NCBI RefSeq assembly: GCF_006345805.1
Contig: NC_043006.1
Coordinates: forward strand, 30,566,001 to 30,630,000
Length of the DNA: 64,000 bases
From: Octopus sinensis
Lineage: Eukaryota
Direction: 5' to 3'
Shown: piece after piece, positions 9,767 to 22,563 of the stretch
Position numbering within the stretch: the first letter of the stretch is position 1
Layout: every line of letters starts with the position of its first letter
The notes under the pieces: model-generated
The model's input: only the letters and a program-made list of their open reading frames with translations
Database searches by the model: none
Told to the model about the DNA's origin: nothing
Translations under genes and position numbers: made by a program

Positions 9767-12700
9767 TTGTACATAATTAACATCTCCCAACCCTGATCTG
9801 TTGTTAATCAAGTTATCAGGTTCTGATGACATGCCAAAGATGTCAATCTATTCATTTTTAAGGATGTAAGTTGTGTAGATAAAACTTTTAATTTAACTTT
9901 CTAGGACTAACACTGACTGGATTTCTTATTACATGAAGTAAATAGGTAAAACTTTTGGTTTCTTTTTATCCTCTTTCATTTTTATATAATTTCTTGTGTT
10001 TCTTTAACTTCATGTAATTATCTACTTCAAGATTTTACTTCTGTTTGAGAGACAGACACAAAAGTAGTTTCTGTCAAATCGGGTTGTATAAAGAAAGGTG
10101 GGGGTGGGGACAAAATGATGGACAGTTACTATTGTTTGTATCTCTATCAGTTTCACTGAAAGCAGTAATAATCTGTGTGTAAAGTAGGCAGTTGAGGTTG
10201 GTTGTTGTTGCTGTAATTATTGATGAGGACTGTCCACTATTCTCTATTGATAGCTGATAGTTGTTCAATACAGTGGGTAGGAGCTGTTAGCCTCTGTCCA
10301 TTTTGGACATTTTGACTTTTCCTTTTTTTTTTAAATGAAGCATCAAAAGGACACACAACTAATTGTTGAAACTCTACAAACTGGTTTATTTTTATTTATT
10401 TATTCTTATATGTCTATGATAATCATGAGCTATTTTGTTGGAAGTGGAGTCATTTTGAAATATAGGTATTCAGTTGAACAAATTTTAACCTGAGACCATT
10501 GTTGAATGTTGAACCTTGTCCGGCTCCTTTTTTTCTAAGGAAGTACAAAGTTTATTTTTGATACTTGTTGAGGTGCTTTAGAATTTTTAGATGATCTACA
10601 TCTGACCACCACCAAACATAATTGTTTGTGTTTGGGCTAAAACAGCTCTGTGTAACTTTTTTTTTTTGTTATAAAATAATAAAAAAAAAATAATAAAAAT
10701 GAAAAAAATTACTAAAATTTATATTTCAGGTGATTCTTTTTTTTTTTTTTTTTCTCCTTGCCAACCCCCCACAAACAATTTGAACAACTTGTCAATGATA
10801 TTAGAATGGAAACTATTTTTGTTCTTTAACTCTGCAACTAATGTTCACAGTTTATGACATGTAACCTTAGTAGCTCTGAGATTTTCAGAGTTTCACTGAT
10901 ACATTTTATTCTTGTATTTATTGAATTAGCAAAGGATTTCTGAAACTGTAAAATCAAATACTTTTCTTTTCACCACACACACTTTTTGTTATTTTACTTG
11001 ACTCAATTTAGAAATGTTTTGCTTTTCTTTTCTTAACTTTTTTGAAGAAAAGAAATTTCTTGGTTTATTAACTTAACGTTAGCATGTGTTCACTGTTTGC
11101 AATCAATTTTAGACTTAGCACTTAATTTAGGAAATAGAGTAATATTGCCTTTAATTATGTGCCTTTGTTAGATATTTTTTTCTGATATCTCTTTCAAACT
11201 CTAAAAAAAAAGTAAAAAAAATTAAAAAAAAGGATAACTCTAGGCAAAAACCAGCAATGTTTTACATATAATTTGGAATTTTTTGCTCTAATTTCTTAAG
11301 ATTTTGATTTTGATAGTGCTGGATTTTGGCACATTTAGTGTGTGTGTGTTGCTTATAACCACTGAGGCTTCAGATAGTATGTTCAGTTTTATTCTCTTAG
11401 ATTTATTTTTGCACTTTTTATGAGTTGTAATAATAACCTTCTTACCAATCCATTTACAATCTAAAGCCTTTTATATTTCTTATTGGTGGTGACAAAATGA
11501 AGGTTGTAACAACCTGTTCATTTTTGAGCTACATAATTAGAGAAATGTGATATTTTTTAGATGGAACTATATTCAGATTTTCAATTGAACAACAATCTTC
11601 TTGACTGAACACTCTAGTTGTTAAGTTCCCACCTATCCCAGAATTTGCAAGATGAGCTGCAAACTCATTACATATTTCATGTGTACTCTCTGTCAGTGTA
11701 CTTTCAATGCATTCAACCTAGACACCACACACTGCTTGTTCTAAATTTTATTTCATCAATTATAATTCTTTCTGAATATTGTAATTAAGTGCAGTAATTG
11801 CAAATATGCATTTCAAATATTTAGTGAAAGTTTGATTGATCAGAATCTTAAGATATAATAACAGTATGTGCTATTTTGAGACTGGAATATCCCTGTGGGG
11901 AAAGATTAAAATAAAAAATGCTATCTGCTTTAATACTATGTCTGGGTAATTGTCTTGACTATTAGCAGTTTATTACACTGAAGGAAGGAAGGAAGGACAA
12001 GTTAGTGGGTTTTCAGTTAAGTCAATCTGTTTCCCTTTCATCACTGGTTTGCCTGCATAACTTTCTTTCCTGTTGTTAGTTTATGAGTGAATGAGTGAGA
12101 ATATGCATGTCTATGTAATGTAAGATCTTTTAAGCCAAAGACAAACACCATCTGAAAGAAATGAATTTTGTAAAGAAAAAGGCTCTTTTTTTTTCTTTTT
12201 TTTTTTTTTTACTTCTCTAGCAAAGAAATAAATTATTATTCAATCTCACGATGAGGTGGTTTTTTTCTTTTTAGTTCATTTGCCTTTTTGTTTCCTTTTT
12301 TTTTGTTTTTTTTTCAAATGCTCCTCTTGCAGTTCCAATCACACACACACACACAGGCTACCTAAGAAAATAGTTGTGGAAATGTATGTTTACAATGAAT
12401 ATTGTGGATATTCTCTGTAATCAACCTTCAATTTAAAAGATTTTCTTTAATGCTTCATAAATATATCCGGTTCTGTTAACAAAATTTTTAACTGTCCAAA
12501 TTGTCTAATACTTAAAACACAAGGGACTGGATGTCAAGCACCTATATATGCAGGGGTGTGAATGACAATTGCTCTAGTGTGGCTTATTCATATTGAATGA
12601 ACTGGGATGATGATACTGGAATTGATGCTTAGATTCTGTCATGTTATTTTGATACTAGTACCCTGGTATCCAGTGCCCTGCTCCTTCACAGTCCACTGGA

Positions 12701-12840
12701 TGGAATGAGTAAGGAAGATTTCAAAAATAGTGGGTAGAGGAGTAACAATTTGAAATATTAGTTTTCATACAAGAAAAATCTGCTTCACTTTGAAAGGATG
12801 ATGGTAGGCTAAATTTCGTTATAATATTGGTTTCAAATTT
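9767..12840 (+). other. Probable long 3' UTR of Imp
   Basis: U-rich unique sequence with no recognisable SINE/MITE, unlike the flanks; AATAAA candidates near 10678, 10692, 11909, 12227. True 3' end not determinable. Confidence 0.5.
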
Positions 12841-13797
12841 TGGCACAAGATCAGCAATTTTAAGAAGAAAGTGAGCAAGTTGATTACCTTGACCCCAGTG
12901 CTTAACTGGTATTTTATTGACCCCCAAAAGGAGGAAAGGCAAAGTTGACCTTAGTGGAATTTGACTATAAAGATGGATGAGATGCTACCAAGCATTATGC
13001 CCAGTCTGCTAACAATTTCTGCCAGCTTGCTGCCTTAAATCTGTTTGTAATATTAAAGACAGTATCCCTGGACTTTGAAATGGTTATATTTATTGGAAGT
13101 AGAAATGGTAGGTAGTGTTGCTATATTGAATGGATTGTATTTAGTCCTACTCCATTCTTTGTGCTGCCAACATATTCTTTCTGCAAGAAACCTTTTAAAG
13201 TTTACCTAAAGTTTATAGCTGGCAATGCTTTTATTTGCTGGAGCTTGACAGGCTTTTAATATATTGCCTGTATGGTAATTCTGATTTAATGCAATCTTTG
13301 TAAATAGGTAATTCACCAATTTCTCTGTAGCTCCTGGGGACTAATCTGATATTTAGTAGTCTTGCTTTTAACATGTTTAATCAACACTGTGGTTTTTCTG
13401 TTCATGAAACTATTTGACTTCTGGTCAAATTTGTTGGCATTACAAAACAAATATGGGGCCAATTTTTTTTTGTATTGCAAGATTGCAATTTATAACATCT
13501 GTCACATTACTCTCATCTGCTACACTCTTCCATGCTGGCTTCAGGCATGTTGGAAGAGTGTATTAATTTTGGTGTTTTCCCCTCTTCTAGATAGATTGCT
13601 TTCACTGTAGATAAGGAAATCAATCTACCCTTGCAAAAATTTATTTAATCCATAGTTAGGACCCTGACAAGTACTACTGTTCTAAGTTAGAATGGACCTG
13701 GGAGTAATGGTAATTAAGGGGTCATTCCATGCTCTCCAGAACTCCTGGACTGAAGCCTTTCCAATGAATAAGGTTTAATGCCATACCCAGGATGTGT

Positions 13798-14126
13798 ATG
13801 TCTTGTTTCAGTCATTAGCTTGTGGTCATGCTGGAGTATCACCTTGAGTATCAAATCAGCACTTATTTTATCAGTGTCTTTTGCTGAACTGCTAAGTTGC
13901 AGAGACATACACAAATCAACACTGGTTGTCAAGCAGTGGTTGGGGACAGATGCATACACATCACGATAGGCTTTTTTCAATTTCTGTCTACCAAATCCAC
14001 TCATAAGGCTATGGTTGGCCTGAAGCTATAGTAGAAGACAGTTGCTCAAGGTTCCACACACTGGGACTGAACCTGGAACCATGTTGTTGGGAAACAAACT
14101 TCTTACCACACAGCCATGTTTGCACC
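13798..14126 (-). mobile_element. SINE family A copy
   Basis: Colinear with 43085-43498; explains ORFs 13714..14004 and 13778..13969. Confidence 0.8.
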
Positions 14127-17100
14127 TATATATTTAATGATTTAATTCAGTCTTGACAATTTTCATTCATTAAATCCCATGACACTATTCATTATTTAAT
14201 CAAGGTTATTAGATCTCCCCTGCAAGAGTTTGTGGTTGCATTCTCTTCTCCCTTTTCCTGCCTCTCTTTCTATCTTTCTGCTATGATCAGTAATTTCTTT
14301 TAAAGTCATTAACCTTATGTCTCCCTCTGGCATCTCAGACCATCATCCCAAATTCTTCCTCCATCAGTATTGTCTCTTCGAATTACATAAATACAACGCT
14401 ACAAGTAAATGACACTTGACCAAGCTGGTCCTCATCATTGAAAAGGGAATTTCTTAACCAATTACCTGTATCTACTCATTAATCACAATGTAGAAAATAT
14501 ATTTAATTTGTATGTGAAAGGAGATTGTCAGCCTTTTGATGTTGCAGTTGTGCATGTTGCTTCTTCATTTAGATAATTAATCTTTCAAGATTCTTAATTT
14601 TAGAATTTTTATTGGAACAATTTAAAGGGTTTTTTTTTTCTACTGTCAGTGTTTACTCTGAGCTTGTCTAAAGATTGTGTGTGTGTTGTTAGGGATTTGG
14701 ATGAAAATTGTAAACATAGTCCCTGTTCATACATAATGGAATATTTGTATAATAGGGAGTAAATGTGTCTAGGGCAGGAAGGGAATGGAGATGGGAGCTG
14801 AAATGCTTCTGCAATCTCTCCCAAATCTTTTTCTGCAGTGTAAAACTGAGTCTTATTGAATAAAGTCAGCTAAAGCAACAAGTTATTTGTGATAAGACTT
14901 CAAAGGGATGCTCATTAATTTAGTGTGTAATTAGAATGACAATAACTGAGGTATGTTTCAATAGAGAAGTTTTACTTTATGTCAAGTTTAATGTTTACTC
15001 CTCTGTAACTTAATCCTTCAGAATGATATTGTAGGGTAGGTGTGAGAGGCCAGATCTGGCCAGTTTGAACACAAAACGGGGAGAATATTTTTGCCAGATG
15101 TTAAAGGGCTAAACATTCTTTTGACTGCAAAAGGTCACAGAATTTTGATAATGACCATTTGAAAAGTTGATTTAATGGGTCAAAGAATACTAAAATATAG
15201 AATTATGATTCAAGAAATAAGGAATGTTCTTGTTTCGTTGCCTTTCTGATGTATCTGTGTAAACTATTGTCATACAATAAAAGGCACTGACCTTTTACTA
15301 ATGGACTTGAAGTGAAGCTAGATTATATTTACAGCAACAGTCCAAATCATACAAATGCTAGCAAAAGATCCTGGAAGAATGGAAACTTGCTCACTGAAGC
15401 CTTTTTGTGTAGCTCCTTAATGATAATTTATCTTTTACTTGTTGTTACCTCTGGATTGGTTTGTTATTGTGAGGTGTAGACCAACTTCTATATTTTCAAT
15501 GACTCCAAAAGAATTGTCCTTGATTTCAGATATTACAATGTAAAGATAGCAGAGCAGAGCCTGCTCTAACAATTTTGTGTAAGAAAAAAAGAAAATACTG
15601 ACTGACCTGTAAAAAGATGGATAACTGTAGCCACACTAAAAGTAGGGGAGGTGAAAGTAAAACAAGTTTAATGCTATTGAAGTAAATTTGGCGGGCGAAA
15701 TGTGGATAATGTTGTTTTTGGACGGAGCCCAAGATTTCTGGTAAATATTCTGGATAAGAGAGGTAGGTAGCACTGAATTAATATTGCACTAGATTGAAGG
15801 CTTTTTTTTTTTTTTTTTTTTTTTTGTTATTGTGATTATATAAAAGTTGCCTCAAGCCAACATAGATGCACACAAAGCAATGTTTATGTAACGAGAGGGT
15901 TGCAGGTAAGAAGGGCAGAGCTACATTTTAAGGTTTTGCAGTCAAAACTGCAAAAGTTTTATTAATACTAATTTTGAAATTTTGTTAGAAGCACTTAAAG
16001 ATTTAAGTAACAGGTTAAAAAAAAAAAGTCCTGGCATTGATTCATTTGGCTAAAAATTCTTTAAGGTGGTGCCCCAGCATGGCCACAATTTAATGACTGA
16101 AAGAAGTAAAATAATAGGACTGTTCCTTATTGTGCATATATGGATGTGTGTATCATCATTTAATGTCCATATTCCATGTTGGCAGGCATGGATTGCATGC
16201 TTTGAAAGAATCAAGTGGGTCCAGAGTCCATCAGGCTCCAACTATCTGCTTTGGCAGGGTTTCTATGGTTGGATGCCCTCCTTAACTCCAACCACTTTAC
16301 ACTGTGGACTAGGTATTTTTTTTAAGGTACCTGCACCAGTGAGGTTACCCTGCAGCCTGCATGACTATAATTTCCTTCAGCTGAGTTGGGACTACAAGAG
16401 AGAGGGAGGTGACTTTATGCTAGGAGAAGGAATCAGAATAGAGCAGGTTTCTTGTAGAGGAGATATAAAAGAGAGGTTGGGGGGAAAGGTTAATGGGTGA
16501 TGCTGGAAAGAGAGAAAATGGTGATAATAAGGTGTGGCCTTGAGATAAGAGGTGATCAGAGACAGAAGATGAAGGGTGGAAGAATATTTGGGAGGGTGAG
16601 AGATGGCTAGATAGAGGGAAGAGTAGGTGACAACTGTAGAAGTTGGGTAGGGTTGAGGGGGTGATCAATGATACATGAATTGGGGGAAGGTAAGGGAGAG
16701 GAGGTGACTGATAGTGCAGAAAATGGGTTGGGTGAAAAGCAGTAGACTAGTAATAATGAGGATGACAGTAATCAGGGGGGAAAAGAGAGAGAGATGATGT
16801 GGTTGTGTAGGTTGTAAGAGGGTGAGGTTGATGGATGGTGGTAGAGGAGAGAGAATTTGGTGACTGAAGAAGGTCATCAATGTAAAATGTGGTTGGAGAG
16901 GACAGTATGAAAAACGGGTAAGTGAAATGATTCCAGGTAAATTGTAAGATTTACAAGTGGTAACAGGGAATGCCTAGTGCAGTATGTAGTTCTATTCCAA
17001 ATACAATTACAGCAGCAGAATAGTGCAGTTAGAGAGATGAAGAGTGGTGAGAATCTCTTGAGAAGCAAATTGAACAGGAAGCATATTTGTGCACATTGTG

Positions 17101-17149
17101 CTTAGAGAATCTGTTTTGTGAAGGTAATTAGTTGGGTCTTGAGAATTGT

Positions 17150-17985
17150 TTTGTTCCATACACATTACATGTCCATATCAACACAGTCTTCTTTCCTGCA
17201 CACTACATCTGATTCCTTTTCTACCCAGTTTTTCCACTCAGCTCCTTTCTTCTACATGGTTCATGCACATTCAGCAGCGCATGTGTGCTTCATTCCTTTC
17301 CAATCTCCTCAAGTCCTCTGCATTCAAGGCCCGTGTCTCATTACCATGCAGCATTGCAGTTTTAACACAAGCATCATACAAGTTGTCCTTCACTCTTAGG
17401 GAAAAGATCTTTGTTGCCAGCAGCAGCTCTCTCAACCCTTTCCAGTCTGTTCTTACTGTAGCTATTATACTTTCAGACAAACCTCCTCCTTTGCTACTAA
17501 CATCTGAATAACAAAAGCTATTGACTACTTCTAGTGACCCATTTAAGCATTCAAAGGTGTCCATTTCTGCACTGTTCACACTATATTTACTCTGCTCCTG
17601 TGCATCTGTATCACATACAAAGCTTATGTTCTCTTCTAGTCTACCTGTGATTCTGCTACATCTCTTGTGTGTCCATTGCTTGAAGGATTGAGCCTTGATG
17701 CGCTCCTTCCTTTATGCTAAAGTCATCACTGAAGTCTTTGCCAACTCTCACTACATCTTTGTCCATAGCTTTTACAATCTGAGTTTCCTTGGTGACCAAA
17801 TTACTGAACATGGTGCCCTGTCAAATTCCTTCTCCATGCCAATGAAAACCAGGATTAGTGATTAGCTCTTAACCAAAAATTTCTCCCACACTTTCTTCAC
17901 TAAGAAGATTGCATCTACAGTACCTCTTCCAGCTATGAAACCAAACTGCATCTCATCTAGGTTATGCTATGACTCTAACAAAAGA
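17150..17985 (-). mobile_element. RTE-clade LINE fragment (RT motifs + C-terminus, internally deleted)
   Basis: DEMQFGFIAGRGTVDAIFLV, LEVVNSFCY, LYDACVKTAMLHGNET; same family as 1150-1990. Confidence 0.8.
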
Positions 17986-18768
17986 GTCCTAGCATTATCC
18001 ATAACATATATATGATGAGCTTCTTTCAGTTTCTGTCTAGCAAATCTACTCCCAAAGCTTTGGTTGGCCCAAGATGCAAGTGTCCTCCCCACCCCCGGGC
18101 CACCAAATTATCTTTCCTCATGCTCTATACCTGTCTGTCTCTATGCTACTTGTGCAGCCTACCTAGACTCATCTTTCTCTCCACTCCCCTGTCAACTGTC
18201 TCATCCTGCTGTTAGGCCTCCCCAGCTCAAACACCTCCTCCCTTTCGACCCTTACCAATCCTTACAGATGTTACCTTCCCCTATCTCTTCCCTCCCCATA
18301 CACACTTGCACCACCCTTACTGCTCCTCTTACTTGAGGTGCCACTTGGACACCTCATCACCACTGTCTGTCTCTTTAGAAACACTTTCAGTTTATTCTCA
18401 CTCTCTCTCTCTCTCTTAAATGTGAATTGCCATGTAGCTCCTCTACAACAAGAGCCTGCTCTACCCCCAACCACTTCTCTCATCCTTTAACCCCCATCTA
18501 CACTTGCTTCCATAGGTTTGTAGATTTGTGATGACCTCAGTAGTGCTCTGCCATGAGAAAAGCACCCAGTCCACTCTGTTAAGTGGCTGACATTAGGAAG
18601 GGCATTCAGCCCTAGAAACCATTCCAAAGCAGATACTGGGACATGATGCAGTCCTTCAACACATCAAATCCTTGTCAAACTGTCCAACCCATGCCCGCAT
18701 GGAACATGGATGTTAAATGATGATGATGATTTTATAAACTGGTATAGTTTATATATTTTACAGACAGG

Positions 18769-18955
18769 CTAAGACTGGACAAAATGTTTAGCGGTATTTC
18801 GTCAGTTACGTTCTGAGTTTAAATTCCGCTGAGGTTGACTTTGCCATTCATCCTTTTGGGGTCGATAGATTAAGTACCAGTTGTATACTGGGGTTGATCT
18901 AATTGGCTAGCCCCCTTCCCCCCAAATTTTGGACCTTGTGCCTAGAATAGAAAAG
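18769..18955 (+). mobile_element. SINE family B, 5'-truncated, with 19-bp target-site duplication
   Basis: Core gttctgagtt(c/t)aaattccgctgaggttgactttgcc...gtcgata...aagtaccagtt; flanked by tatatattttacagacagg at 18750-18768 and 18956-18974 (TPRT hallmark). Confidence 0.85.
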
Positions 18956-19359
18956 TATATATTTTACAGACAGGTATACTTCTTACTCTCATAATGCTCT
19001 CATTGTATGTAAAGACAGTATTGAATAATTACAAGTGTAATTAAAAAGTATAATTAACTAACTTATAGTACTGAGTGCTAAATTTCATAATCATCATTAT
19101 CATTTGTATTTAGTGTATAGTTTCCATTTTGATATGGGTTGGACAGTTGTCAGGAGGTGACAACCCACAGAACTGCTGAAAGAAAAGAAATTCTAACTTC
19201 AGTAAAATTTAAAAAAACCCCAAAACAATGATATCAGTTGATTGGTTTTTTTTAAATCTCAGGTCAATTTTAACTGGACAGATCTATGATGAAGAGTATT
19301 CCAGATGTGACCATTTTCTCTAATACAGCGGAGACCACAGTCTTCAATGTGTTCTTTAT

Positions 19360-19585
19360 TTAACCCCCTAACATTCTGATTACTCTGTCAAAATCTAATA
19401 CTTATTTATTCCACATTGTTTTCGATTTTGCATCATCTCATAGTGTTGAGATTCCAATGATGTGATTATTCCTTTTTAGAATGAGATTGAGGAGTAAGTG
19501 TGAGAGGCTGGATCTGGTTGGTCCTAGCATAAAACGAGTAGAATATTGAGGCCTGATATGGCCAGTTTAAATACTAAGGGGTTAA
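19360..19585. mobile_element. TTAA-flanked MITE family E (piggyBac-like ends)
   Basis: TTAA-CCCCCTA ... TAAGGGG-TTAA; second copy 20818-21045; deleted copy about 14990-15115. Confidence 0.75.
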
Positions 19586-20817
19586 AGTGTGATTTGAGAG
19601 GGATTTGGCTGCTATTTCTTGCAAGTTGAGTGGTTATTTAAAGGTTCTCTTTGTTGTTGTTTGACCCCAGGTCAGTCTTGATCTAACTTTTCTAAGTGTG
19701 GCCATTCAACCATTTTTTTCATATACACAGGAACCCCATGACCTCATTCTCTAAGCTGTCCTTCTAAGAGTGAAAATGTGTCAAATGAGGCAGGATTTGA
19801 CAGGTATTTTTAGCAGGCTGAATGACTGTATAGAGGCTCACTCTTGTGATAGGAATGAAACAAAAACATTTAATCCTTTCAGACATTAGCAAAGGTTCTT
19901 CTAACAACCCACATTAAAAATGGGGGTGAGAGAAAGGAGGAGGAGGGGGAGTAGAAAAAAGAATAATTAGAAACAGGAAATAATGTTGATAAAGGTGGGG
20001 AAGGCATAGGAATAAAATTAGTTTTGTTTATGGAAAGGAATGAAATAGGATTGGCAACAGGTGTGGCAGTGTTTAGGATTGTTATCAAATAACACTGCTG
20101 CCTTAGGTTTGTGTGTGTGTGAATGCACACTCACATAAACACATACACATCTAAAGACATACCAAAGAGAGAGAGAAGGTCTGCACCTAAGCAAGTATAC
20201 TGATAGATATAGAGAGAGAGTTATGAATCAAAAAAGCAGTGAGTCAGTGCCAGCATCTGGATGTTTTGGCCTCTCAATCATAAGATAATGATGTCAATCT
20301 CAATTCAAGGCCACTCTAGGTTCTGCTGCTCATTCCAAAGACTACTTACTGTTCACCTCATTTAATTCTTCAATTCTTAAACTGTTCAGTGTCAAGTATG
20401 AGTTTCCCTTCAGATGAATATCTTTGATATTGTATGTGTTTGAGAGATCTAGAGCAGGGATGGGTGAAATTGGTACAAAATCTGTCAGCATTTAATTCCT
20501 CACAGATACAAGGGCCTTGTTGATGGCCAACCAGCTGAGAGGTTGATGATGTGTATCCTGTCAGTGTATTGTGTTAGTGGTTAAGTCACTTAACTCTAAA
20601 ATGGCCAAGTCCATCTAAATAACTGTAAAGTAGGAAATATTTGTTAACAATAAGAGCATTGTTAAATTTGAGAGTCATGTTAGTTAGGCTGCAGTGTTTG
20701 GAGAGAGGATGGTCTTTGCAAGCAGATTTGCTCCAGGTACATTCTCTGAAATATGAACCAATGATGGAGCCTCTATGTAGTCATTTGTTCTCCTAGAAAT
20801 AGCAGTGAAATCTCCTT

Positions 20818-21045
20818 TTAACTTTTTAGCTTTCAGTTTACTCTGTCAAATGCAAAGCTTATTTATTTACATTGTTTTGAGTTAACCTTGCATTATCCCT
20901 TAGCTGTGAGATTTCAATGATGTGATTATTTATTTTTAGAATGACATTGTAGGATAGGTGTGAGAGGCTGGATTAGGCCAGTTTGAACATAAAGCAGGTA
21001 GAATATTTGGGCCTGATTTGACTGGTTTAACTGCTAAAGGATTAA
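20818..21045. mobile_element. TTAA-flanked MITE family E, nested in a family G repeat
   Basis: Colinear with 19360-19585; TTAA on both sides; host repeat resumes after 21045. Confidence 0.75.
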
Positions 21046-22278
21046 ATCACACACTACTGTCTTTAAAACAAAAGGGACGGATTAGATAATAGGGTACAAG
21101 ATACATTGTGTCTCAAAAACAAAAGATAATAATGGCTGGAATGATTAGGGTTTAGGTCTGCTTCAGGACTAGACCTTGGGCTAAACAACAACTATATGAG
21201 ACTGTGTCATAAGCACAAGATTTTGGTACATGTGACATTGTATTACATCACTGTCATAAGCTGAATGTGACAATGTCTGTGATTTATTATGCTCGTGGGT
21301 CACTACATATAACTATGTCAGTAGGCAACATCCAGAGTACAGTTCACTCCATGAGACTATCAGGAGCAACTACTTCTCTGTAGTAAACTACATGAAACAA
21401 TGTTTGTTAGGGGCTTTCAGTGGGAGTTGATCTGTCTGAATGTTCCCATAGCAACCAACTGAAATTATCTTTGGGATAGGATTTGCAGCGCGTTAAAAAA
21501 AAAAAACCTCAAAACAAATGAAAAACAAAGTCAAAAAATGTGGTGAACAGGGTAGGGAGGAATTTGATTTACTACAAATACAAAAAAAAATTTCAGTTTT
21601 TAAAAGTTTATATTTTTATAATTAAAAACAATTGAAACGTGGAAGGTGTTTATAAGCCATTTAAAAACACACAAACATTGTTAGATTCACTTCAACATTT
21701 AAATTTAATTTGCTAAAATATTTTCGTCACTTTGAGACCGTGTCCTGATCACTGATAAAATTCTGTGCTGCATCTGTTTTCGTTCCAGCACATGATCTCA
21801 GATCAGGTCACTTGCTATGCAAGTACATCTCCGTAATTTTTATAATTTATGTTTATCAATTTGTTTTGCAAAATTCCTGATGTGAAATCGTGTGTTGAAA
21901 CAGATATTGTTGTATTTCCAGATGGTCATTTTATTTATTTATTTTTTGGTCAAATAAACACACATTCTTTTACTCTTTTCAGCCATGCAGCCATGGTCAT
22001 GCTGGAGCACCACTATGGACTATATATATTTTTTTCTTCACCCGTTTATTACTGTTCTTATTTAAGTCCATTGTCTGGAAATCTTTTGTCACACATCTGT
22101 GACCTCTTCAGCGACACTTTTCGTTTCTGTGTGTGTGTTTTTGCTCCACTTACTCCATTCTGTTCTCCTAAGATGCATATTCTTATGTGTGCATGCGTTT
22201 GTGTCCTTGTTTGTGTGTGCATGTGTGTATGCTTGTGTATGTGTCATAGTTTCTAGCAGCAGTGTAGCCTTCCCCTAA

Positions 22279-22563
22279 CCCCATTGTACTGCTGCTGTCC
22301 TAAGACCCAAGAACCAAAAAATGATACAGTTCCTGTGTTCCTCTGTGTTTGTTTGCCCACAGTGTTGTTGTTGTTGTCACATCGTTATAGCCGTCCATGA
22401 AGTTTCATGTATGTGTGTTTGTCCGTGTGTATGGATTCGCTTCATATGTATCCATGCCTTTTATATAGTTTTATTCATTTTATATCTATCTCTGTCCTAC
22501 ATTTACCACAGGTATTGTACCTTTTTTTTTCTCGGGTCTTAGGACAGCAGCAGCACAATGGGG
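22279..22563. mobile_element. MITE with about 50-bp imperfect terminal inverted repeats
   Basis: ccccattgtactgctgctgtcctaagacccaaga... / ...tctcgggtcttaggacagcagcagcacaatgggg. Confidence 0.7.

Noticed and set aside
12358-12365. let-7 site in the Imp UTR (expected from vertebrate and fly biology)
   Set aside because: Sequence is CTACCTAA, which lacks the TACCTC seed match; I saw no canonical site in 9767-12840.
15529-15740. Exon-like segment (tttcAG...tctg|GTaaat)
   Set aside because: Short frame (ILQCKDSRAEPALTILCKKKRKY*) with no recognisable homology; splice-like motifs are frequent by chance in AT-rich DNA.
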